Positions 11,683-22,086 of a DNA stretch of 44,032 nt are shown one piece after another. The stretch lies in assembly GCA_000388065.2 (NCBI GenBank), contig KB932204.1; one strand, 5' to 3'. Each line of letters starts with the position of its first letter. Position 1 is the stretch's first letter. The notes under the pieces are model-generated. The model was not told the DNA's origin and ran no database searches. It saw only the letters and a program-made list of their open reading frames with translations. The position numbers were made by a program, and so were the translations under genes. The DNA is from Fonticula alba ATCC 38817 (lineage: Eukaryota; Protista; Nucleariida).

Positions 11683-12589
11683 ATGTCCAGTATTTTCTCC
11701 AACAGCGCGGGACGTTCAGAGCATGGCTTCGATCTTCGGGCCATTCTCCGGAACTGTACGTGCCATCCAACCCCTTGCCCTGACCCACCTCCGTTCCTTT
11801 TCCGCTGCCAGATGCTCCTCGCATGGTAACACGCTCCCCCCCTCACCTTGGTCCGGAATCCGATAGACATTGTTGAGAAAGTGATCTTCGGTGGTGCTCC
11901 CTCTGCCACACCCACCTGGAAGGTGTTGGTCGTTGATGATCTGACGGCCCGAATTCTCAGTCACTGCATGAAAGTCAGTGACTTGACCATTCACGGAGTG
12001 ACGGGTGCGCACTGTTTAGCTCGTCCTCTCGTCCTCTCGTCCTCTCGTTCTCTTGTTCTCTTGTTCTCTTGTTCTCTTGTTCTCTTGTTCTCTCGTTCTC
12101 TCCCCCCCCCCCGGCCTATGGCCGATATCCTGCTGACCTCGTGTGCTTCTGCCCCTCCAGTGATCGAGAAAATCCAACTCCAGCGCAAGGCCTGGCAGGA
12201 CCAGGAGGCCGTGTACTTCCTGCGACCGACCACGCAGAATGTGGAGTTCTTGCTGAAGGATTTCCCCGAGAACCGCGGTATCACCGTAAGCAAGCGCCTC
12301 TATGCAAGCGCCCGGGTGTACTTCTCCGCCGGTACGCGCTCCATGCAAAGCACCATCACGGTCTCCTCATGTCCCTTCCTTCACTTGACTTCCCCCCCGT
12401 TCTCCCGCTCACTTTCCAGCTCTCATAATCGTGTCAATGCTCACCATGTCCTACCCGCCTCCCTTCACGCATCAGAGCTTCCCCGTGAGCATCTTCGGCG
12501 TATCAGCGAGAGCAAGGGTCTTACGCCGTATATTCGCGCCCTGGCTGAGGTCCCATGCAACATGCTGTGTACGCGTGCCAACTCGGATC

Positions 12590-12657
<68 letters not shown>

Positions 12658-15463
12658 GCAAGCACATGTGTCCCACTCTCCCTTCGTCCTGGTTCCTCCC
12701 TGGCTCCTCCCCTCCAGCCCTGTCCTAACGTGCCCTAGCCTTGGAGTCGCATGCATTCATCCTGAATACCGCCAAGCCTGGATACCCGGATGCCTTCTGG
12801 CAGACGGTCGAACGGTCGCCGTACGACGCCCTGTCGGAGCTGATCAGTGACAACACCACTAAGGCTGGCAGCCCGGTGCCGGATAACCGGCGCCGGTATC
12901 AGTCCTCCTTCCTGCGTCTGTACCAGCCCGGAGCGCCAGTGATCGCCACACAGGAACTTGAACGCCAGGCCGCGCAGCTGGCTTCTGTCTTTGCCCTGAT
13001 GAAGGCCTACCCGCTGATTCGCTTCGCTCGGCCGCCGGCTTCGGCGCGTATCTTCCAGCAGAGCCCCTACAGCATGACTCAGGCGTTTGCTCAGGCGGTG
13101 CAAGCTCGGCTGGATTCGATGGAGTCCCTGAATCCTGGGACTTTTGTGCGTGAACCTCCCTGCTTTCCTGCAACCCTGACGCGTTTCGGAATTGCTCGCC
13201 TTTTTCGGTGGCCTTTTTTTTCTCTCGGCTCTTCTTGGGTTTCCCTCTGCCCGACTCCCCGCTCCGCGAACGCCCTGCACCCCTCGGCTCTGACCATCGG
13301 AATCCCCCTTCCAGGCTGTTGGTGCCCCGGTGGATCTGGTGATTGTCGACCGAACAATCGACCTGTACGCACCGCTGCTGCACGAGTTCACCTATCAGGC
13401 CATGACGCACGACCTCCTCGGGCTTGAGGATCGCATCCAAAACAAGACGCACTCCATTTCCCAGCGCAAGAACGAGTCGGGCAAGCCATCCACCGGTTCG
13501 GTCTTCTTGCTGACAGAGGATGACCCGGTGTGGAATTACCTGCGGCATCGGCACATCGCCGATTGCCTGCAAACTCTGCCGACGGAGTTCCGGCAGTTCC
13601 TCAAGGAGGATGTTGTCGCTTCGCATCGCGTCGACCGGCAAATGGGCAACGACTCGGGCTCTTTGGAGCTGGAGGACATCAACAAGCTGATGCGTCAAAT
13701 GCCGCGCTATTCGTTGCAATTGTCGAAGGTGTGTGTGTTCCGCGATGCTGCCTTTGTCTGAATGCTGCTCGCTGCATCGTGCCCCGGAGCCTAATTTCCC
13801 TCCCGCTGCCCCGGTTCCCCCCTCGTTCCCCTCGGCTCCCTCGGCCCCTGCTCGCGGTTCTCGTCATGCTCAACGGTTTGCACGACAGTTTGCCATCCAC
13901 ATTGAGCTCTTGCATCTGAACATGAAGAATTACACCGATCTGGGTCTGGAGGCCATCGCGCTACAGGAACAACAGCTAGCCCTTGGCCATGACTACCATG
14001 ATGACAAGCCGCTCACGGCGTCCGGCATGCTGGATGCCATCACCCGAATTGCCACCAACCATTCGGCATACGATGGGCAAGTCCGTCGTCGCATGCTGCT
14101 GTTGTATGCCATCTCGATCTTCAACAATGCCCTGATGGCGCAGCACAATGCCCAGAGTGTGACGGCCGCCTTCGGCAAGACCATCTCCTCGGCACTGGAG
14201 AACTCCCTGTCGACCGATGAGCTGAGGCTTATCGAGAGCCTCAAGTACATGGTCAACTTGACAAACCTGGGCCCCGGACAGGTGTGTATCCTTCTTCGCT
14301 GGCTATCTCCCCTGTGACCCCCCCCCCCTCTCTCTCTCTCTCTCCCTCTCGCCTTCTCTTTCATCCCTTGATCGATGCAAGTCCATCAGCTTCTTTCCGT
14401 CCATCTGTCTTGCCCTATGTGGCATGGGTCCATTTGCTCCGATGCTTACTCTCCTGTGGAACCCATCGCAATATGTGGATTCATGTAGACCATGCCCGGC
14501 TCCACCACCACCACCAAGAGCTCCGGCTGGGGTGGAATTGGCCGGTCGAATCAGCCCACCGCGGCCGCGGTCGACGCCTCTGGCGACCTGTCGCAGAAGC
14601 CCTATCCGCCGGTGGAAGACCAGCGTCGCGACTTCCATGGGAACTGGACACAGCCTATCTCCACCCCTCGCGATGCGGTGCATCCCTTCCGCCCGGAGGC
14701 ACAGTCGTACATTGTGTCGCAGTATGTCCCGCGCCTGAAGCGCATGTTGGCGGTATGTGGCTTTCTTACTTCCCTCGTTTTGCCTGCTTTTTATCCTGCC
14801 TCTCGGTTCTTCCGCCCTTTGCGACTCTCATCTTGGGGTTCTGCTGGCTGACCTGTCATTTTTCCCTTCCCCCCCGCGATCTCTCTCTCCCTCGCTCTCT
14901 CCCTCGCTCTCTCCCTCGCTCTCTCCCTCGCTCTCTCCCTCGCTCTCTTTATCTTCCGACACCTCTAGCGCTTGGACGATCCGCACTCGGACTCGCCCTT
15001 CGCGGTGCTCGATTCGAGCCGCTCACACGAGGCAGCCGCAGCCGTGTCGAACCGCATTGCGCGGGAGAAGGCCCTCAGCCAACCGGACAATTCAAAGTCC
15101 GGGGCCAAGTCGGGTGTGTCGCTGCGGAATTCCTCGGCCCGGACCAGCTGGTTCACTGGCGGTGGCAAGGAGGACCCAGCGGCCGGGCGCGGTACCGAGG
15201 GCGAATCTCTGGCCGCGGCCCTGCCATCGGGTGTCCCTGCAGCGGAGCGCAACAAGCCCGTGCGCACGATTGTCTTTGTCCTTGGTGGGGCCACATATTC
15301 GGAGTTGCGAGCCCTCTATGAGGCGTCGCAGACATCGATGTCGGTGTCAGCACCGGCCGCCGCTGCGGCCGGGCGCACTCGTCGTGAGTTTGTCCTTGGC
15401 ACCTGGGACTTTGTGCTTCCCTCGGGCATGCTCCAGGACCTGAGCCTTCTCCGGATGGAGTGA
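11683..15463 (+). CDS. SEC1: Sec1/Munc18 (SM) family syntaxin-binding protein, multi-exon
   Basis: WKVLVVDD..RILS..KVSDL..HGVT, EAVYFLRPT, LVIVDRTIDLYAPLLHEFTYQAMTHDLL, LTEDDPVWNYLRHRHIAD, SQYVPRLK, IVFVLGGATYSELRALYE; ATG 11683, TGA 15461-15463. The MP-Y motif (RQMPRYS) fits the exocytic Sec1/Munc18 subfamily. Confidence 0.93.
12021..12100. repeat. 8-bp tandem repeat (TCGTCCTC / TTGTTCTC) in a Sec1 intron
   Basis: About 10 consecutive 8-mer units read directly. Confidence 0.85.
12593..12655. repeat. Poly-C tract (63 nt) in a Sec1 intron
   Basis: Counted directly from the sequence. Confidence 0.9.
14881..14948. repeat. 12-bp tandem repeat (CTCTCTCCCTCG)n in a Sec1 intron
   Basis: About 5 perfect units read directly. 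Confidence 0.85.
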
Positions 15464-16863
15464 AGCCACTCGCGATGATGCGCCGGGGTGGGTGCTTTAT
15501 GCGGGATTCCTCGGTTGCCAAGCACATCCACACATACAGGCATCCGTCCTTTCGACAATTTGGGGGGGGGGGGGGGAGACTCTCCGTGCTTCCCTCCTTC
15601 CAAGGGGCAGTGCATTTTTGAGTCCTTCTCTTGTCACCCTGCCTGTGTCGACTGAAATAGATGGCTACATTGGTATTAGGCGAGGCGCCGCCAGCGTAAG
15701 AAAGATAGGCGCCCGGAACAAGAAGAAGCCCAGACGGGTGGAGATACAGGGCAGCAGTGCTTCCTGACTGACCCATCCCCGCGCACTGTGGACGAGTTGC
15801 CCTCGCTGTTTTTTTTTTTTCCCTTTCGCCCCCTTCTCACCTACTCCACAACCCGCCCCCCTGCAAATAGACACGCAGCATCAATATATCCTCCAAGGGA
15901 TAAAGGAATGTGTATATGGTGGGATATTCTACAAGGACACGGTGCAGTGTATGTTGTGTGGGTGTGCGGGCGTGTGGGTATGTGGGTGTGTGGGTGTGTG
16001 GGTGTGGGTGGCTAGGTCGGGCCGAGGATTGTCGGCGCACAGTCAACTGTGCGAGTGACGACAAAGGAGAGCGTCGCTTGCCTCCCCCCCGTCCCCCGAG
16101 GCACGAAAAAGATGCACGCGTGCATGCGCACGGAGGACCATCATTTGGAAACCCGGCTCACTTGACAGGCACTATTCTCGTTTGCAAGTGTCATGGAAGT
16201 AAACCACGATGAGGGCCAGCGGAAGGGGGGGAATAATAGGAGGAAGGTCCCGCGGCCGGACACAGGCGCAGGGAGGGGACAGGGAGCGGGGAAGGGGGTC
16301 AGTCTTGAGTCTCGGGGACGCGCTTGCGCGTGTTTCTCACCAGTGTGCCTTGGGGATGGGGGAATTACAATCGAGAACTGCCCTGCTCGACTTTGCGCTC
16401 TTTCTTTTAGCTCTCCGGCCCCCTGCCTGCCTACCTGCTGCTTGCCCTCCTCCCCATGCCTCTCTTTCAGACAAAGTGTGTCTTTCTCTTTCTCTTTCTC
16501 TCTCTCTCTCTCCCCACATTGACAGGCAAATACGACGTGTGGGTGGTGCGTGCGCGCGCGCATTCATCACGCCAGGGACACAGAGAAGGTCGTCCTGCAG
16601 CTCGCCCCCTCTGTCCCCTGGGGCTGCTCACGTCCCCCCACCCCCCCGCCCCTTGCGCGCCTCCCTGTGTCTCTGTGCATGGGGGAGGAGAGGAGAGGGC
16701 GGCATCGAAGCGCGTGTGGTACGGCGCGCCGAGAGGGAACACACATTGCACACTGACACTTCTCAATGTCCCACACTGTCCCCTGCCCCTGGGAGGGAGG
16801 GGGGAGGGGCGAGGAGGGAGACCAGAGGGGACACGCACCGGCCTGGATGAAACACGCCGGCGC

Positions 16864-18770
16864 TCAATATTGCGGCCCGGCCGTGTCCTCCAGCGGCGGC
16901 GGCTCCACCGCCAGTGGCCGGCGCTCAAGGGAGAGATCCTCATTAGAGAGCATCATGGAGGGGGGACGAGAGGGGGGCTTGCTGGCGGCACCCAACCCGG
17001 TCGCTTGGCGGGCGGTAACAACAGACGGGATAGCCGAGTCGTTCGCACCATTTGGCAGGGCCAACTTCCTGGATGGGGACTTCCCCGGGGAGCCAGCTGC
17101 CTTCCTGGAGGGGGATCTTTCAGCCCCGGTGGCGGCGGCCGCGCCGCCACTCCCGCCGCCGCCGCTGCCGCCCGCGCCGCCGCTGGTAGACATCGAGTTC
17201 TTGGCGGCCGCGCCGCCAGGTGTCCCAGTGACCTCCTCCAGCCGGGATGGCTGCTGGAGACCCGGGGATGTGGTTTTGATGGTGTTCGAAAAGTCCGATG
17301 GCGACCGGAGATAGGGGTCGTATTCCATGCCGCCGGGTGGATCTCCACCGGGGACCGCAGAGACCACCGACGGTCCCCCGGCGGATCTGGAGGCCGCGAC
17401 CTCGGTGTCCCCAGGATCGGTGCCGGTCCAGTCGTCATAGCCGGAGAGGAAGCCGGTCTCCGTGTAGAGAAGCAAATTTTTGTCGGAATTGCCTGCTGAG
17501 GGGTTGCCGCCTCGGCCGCCGAGGTCTGCGCTCCCCCCACCAGGGCTAGTTCCTCCCCCGCCGAACAGTTCGCCATCCATGTCGTCGTCGCCGCTTTTGG
17601 TGATCTCATCGACACTTCGAAGGTCACTCGGGCGTCGGCCATTCGGACCGTGTGGCCTTCCGGCGAGCGCGTCATCCTCCGGGCCAAAGAGGCTGCCAGA
17701 GGGATCCCCAAGACCGCCACTTAGGCGACCGGAGCCCCGGGCACTGGGCTCATTGATCTGGTGGTCCTTCTTCGGGGGAGGGATCCCGGCTGGGGGTGGC
17801 GACCCGGCAAACCAGCGAGCGCCTGGGTCACCCGGGCCGCCGGGCCCACCACCAATCCCCGGACTGGCTAACCCGCCGCCAGGGACACCCATATCGGGGC
17901 CGAGATCCAAATCCAGGTGGAAGGGGCCCGGCCGGTTGGCCTGAGATTCGGCCATGCCCGGGCCGGTGTCATAGACTTTGGGATTGTAATCCAACATGCT
18001 CGGCTGGCCGGTGGGATCCGACACCGAGCCGGCCGGATCATCGCCAGCAAGGAAAGCCCCTGGCTCCTGGGGGAGGAGATAGCCATCAGGGCCGCCCCTC
18101 GCCGGGGGGCTGGACAGGCCGCCCGGATGCATCTGGCCACCAGCAGGAGATTGGCGATGGGTCCGGTGCTCGGTCGCCCCCTCCTGCGAGTGGCCGCCCG
18201 TGGTCAGCATGTGGGGCTGCTGGTACAGCTGTTGCTGGTGCGGGGCCGGCTGCTGGAGCGGTTGTTGCATCAGCGCCTGATGGTGACGAAGGTGCAGATG
18301 TGGGTCTTCGCCGGTGGCGAGATCCGGGAAGTAGGACTCCCCGCCTCCGGCTGTCGACCCGCGGCGAGTCGGGTCCCCGCCGGGGGCCAGCTCCTGAGCC
18401 CCATACGGGCCGCCGGCTCCCTCATCGACGCCGGGGCCGGACTGGAAGAACTTCTCCATCCCCCGAAGCCCGGCATCCGGAGGGGCACCCCCCGCAGCAT
18501 CCAGACCGCCCTGTGAGATGTACCCGTTGCCGCCGTTTCCGTTGGCAAAGTACCCGGCGGTGCCCGGCGGCTCGAAGAAGTGCATTTGCTCGCTTGCACT
18601 CGGGCGCTGCCACGGCATCCCGGACGCTGGGGTCTCGGACGCGTGCCATCCGCCCGGCCCGGGTCCCGGAGCACCATAGTGCTTGGCCGACAAGTCGAAG
18701 CCTTGCATCAGGTGCTGTTGCTGCGAGGACTGCTGGAGCATGTGCTGTGGCTGTTGCTGTTGTTGCTGAA

Positions 18771-18810
<40 letters not shown>

Positions 18811-21800
18811 GGTGGAAGGGTACTGCGGCTGTGGGAACTGGGACTGGTACTGGCCTTGCGGCGGCTGTTGTTGCTGCTGCTGCGGATGCTGATGCTGGTG
18901 GTGTTGCTGGTGCGGGTGGTGTTGGTGCGGCGGCGGCGGCTGCTGCGGCTGCTGCGGCGGCTGCTGCTGCGGCCGTTGCTGCGGTTGGTGGAACTGGGAC
19001 TGATGCTGGCCCATGCCAGCCAGGTGAGGATGACCTAGATGGAAGCCGGAGCCCGGGTGCCCGTGCGAATGCAACATCGGCTGCTGGGAGTGTGGTGGGC
19101 CCGCGTGAGGATGTCCTCCACGCGGGCCGATGACTCCAGCATGGCGGAAGGGACCGGCTCCGGTGCCGGGTGCCACCCCGACAGGGGACGTGTCGGCCGT
19201 ATCCGGCCCCTCGGAGGATCGGTAGGTCGAGGAGGGCGGCGGAGTAAGCATGCCCCCCCGGCTGGTGTAATAGGCGGCGGCGGCCGCTGCCGCCGCCGCC
19301 GCCGCCGCAGCAGCAGCCGATGAGCCGTCTTCCGGCATGTACAGCCCCTGCTGCTTGTCGGAGCCTGGTCCAGGCATCATCATGGGTGGCCCGGAGCCAT
19401 ATTCCGGTCCCGGAGGGCCGCCGAGGCGACCGGCTCCCGGCAGGTAGCCTGCATTGGGATCGACCATGCCATAGCTGGGCCCACCACCGGCGAGGTTGTA
19501 GCCCGGCATGGGGCCCGGCCCTGCACCGCCCGGGCCGCTGGCCATCCCGTGGGGAAGGGATCCCCCTGCTGGACGGTGGCCGGCCCCGTCGCCCGGCCCA
19601 CGAGCGGCCATCCCCCCGCCAAGCCCCGAGCCATCCATCGGATTTTCGGAAGGCAGGCCCAAGTCCAAGTAGAGGCTCGTGTCGTAGGCGGCGGCGGCGG
19701 CGGCGGCGGCAGCTGCCTGCTTCGCAGCGGCCGAGCGCCCACTGCCATCCTCCCCGGCCGAGCCGGGAGAGGTGGCCGGGGAAATGACGCGCGAGGCGTT
19801 GCCCCCGCCACCGGGGCCGGTGACGCTCAGCGGCGGGCCGGATGGGTAGCCATAGTGCCCGCCCCCCAGGTGAGGAGCATGGGCCGGGGCCAATCGAGCA
19901 TCGAGCATGACCCCCTCCGGGCCGGGGAAGTAGAACCCCATGACCCCGGGACCAGCCCCGAAGAGCGCTGATGGATGGGGACCCGATGCCGGGCCTCCAC
20001 CGCCGGCGGCAATGGACTGCCTGGCGGCCTCGAGCATCATTGGGTCGGCTCCTCCTCCGGGTGGATGGCCCTCCGACCCGGCCGGCCCGGGCTCCTTCTT
20101 CACGGGCTTGCGAGCCAGCTGCGAATCCGGCTGCTGCTGCTGCTGCTGCTGCTTTGAGGCCTTCTTGGTGCCGGCGGCCAGGGACAAACCCCGCTTGAGG
20201 GGCGACGAGGAGGGCGAGCTACGGCGCTTACGATGCTTGGTGTCCCCGCCTCCCGGGGAGCCGGGCTCGGCCCCGGCGGTGGCTGAGCCGGCCCGCTCGC
20301 GGCCTCCATCCTGCCGCGGTGGCGGGTGATTGTGCACTCCCTCATAACTGGAGATGACTTGGCCATAGCCTCGGCGGATCTGCTTCTTCACAGGGCATCC
20401 TTTGGTCGTGCAGCGATAGTATGCGCGGGGGAAGGGCGCCCCGCGAACGGCCTTCTGTCCATACTTGCGCCAAATGTACCCGTCATCCATGGCGTCGATC
20501 ATGGACGCATCGCTGGCAACCACCAAGCGCGTGGTATTCACTTGGGCTGCGCCCTCGTCACCGGCACCGGAGCCGCCGGCCCCGTGAATGCCGGCCGCGC
20601 CCGGATTGCTGGCGGTCAGGAAGAGGGCAGGGGAAAAGGCAAACCCCGGCTCGGTTGGCGCCTGAGCAGTACCGCCAGCGGGCAGGGCACGAAGTTGAGG
20701 AAAGAGGGGCGTCGCATACGAGGCCAGGGAGAAAGCCCAGTCAGGGGAGAGGAGCCATGGAGGTGCAGGTGGGTCAGAAAAAAAAACCCGGCGCTGGAAG
20801 GACCAGGCACAGCGCGAGAAAGAAGGAGCAGGAGGTAGAGAGAGAGAGAGAGAGGGGGGGGGGGCGCGAGGGGAGAGCGGGGAGAAAGCCAGATAGGTGG
20901 TAATAGGGGGAAGGGATTGACGGGCGCGAAGCGGGCAGGGTGGATGCACCATTTGCCCCTCGCTGGCAACACTCTTGCGGAAGCTGGTCTGGTCGTGAGC
21001 ACTAAGCCGGGTGAGCTGCGGCGCATTGTGGTTGTGCTGCCCGCGATAGACGGAGCTCGTGAGGCGCTGGAGGAGGTGTGAGGGGCACCGGACGCGGGCG
21101 GCAGGTCAGCAAAAATGCGAAAAGCGCTGAATTGGAGGGGCGAAGGCAGCCGCCCGACCGAAGGCGAGGCACTCGCATGCGAAGGAAAAGCCTACCTGAT
21201 CCCCGAGGACCATGACCTCGATTTGCTTTTTGGCAGGGCACCCGGGACCGGTGCACCGGAAGTAGGCCTTGGGGAAGGGACTCGACCGGCGTTGCTTCTG
21301 GCCGTACTTCCGCCAACGATAACCATCCTCGTGGACGCCCTCGGCAGCGGCGGCCGTTGCCCCGGCAGCCAGGGAGATGGGCCCAGGTGACCGGCGATCA
21401 CCGAGCCCCGGAGGGGGCGTGGCACTGGAGGTTCTCCCTCCGCCGGGGCCGGCACCGGCGCCAACTTGCTGCGCCAGGGAGTGTGCTTCGGGTGGCAGGC
21501 TGTCGGTATCGCGACACAGGGACATGACGGCGGTGGTGGCGGTGACATTGGCCCCGGCCCCGGAGGCAGCGCGTTTCTCGGCGGCAGCCTCGGCCGCGGC
21601 CGACGCCTCGAGCATGGCCGGGGAGGCTGTCTGCCAGATGGGCGGCCCATTGCCGATGATGCTGAACCCGCTTGCCGGCGGCGTGCCACTGGCAGGACCC
21701 CCCGCCAGTGGCGACGAGGGGGCGGCACCGGGGTTGCTCGCGGCACCGGGCCGTGCCACGCGCGATCCCGACGTGGCAAAGCGCACGGACCGACGTGCAT

Positions 21801-22086
21801 CGTACACGGCGGCCGCGAGGAGGGGCGAAACGTGGCTGGGGAAGCCGGCTGACTCGGCGGCCGTCTGATCGAAGGCGTCGGTTTGCAGGGCGGAGTAGCC
21901 GGCGGCCGCCATGGCCATGCGCCTTTCGGCCGCGGCGGCCGTCGAGTCCGCAGCGATCGGGCTCACAGGGACCGAGCTTTGCCGAGACCCGCGCACGCTA
22001 TCGCGCATGGGCGACAGGACAGACACCCGGACAGAGGCCGCGCCGGCCATCGTTGACGGCCCGAGGCCCATGATGAGCAGCTGTTC
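16864..22086 (-). CDS. WRKY: Two-domain (group I-like) WRKY transcription factor with a >1100-aa Q/G/P/A/H-rich C-terminal tail; further 5' exons probably lie upstream (to about 23100)
   Basis: Domain 1: [12 protein letters not shown]...[20 protein letters not shown]...|[13 protein letters not shown], joined over phase-0 intron 21195..21067. Domain 2: [37 protein letters not shown]...SYEGVHNH at about 20325-20490. The frame is continuous between the domains and on to the stop at 16864. Confidence 0.93.
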
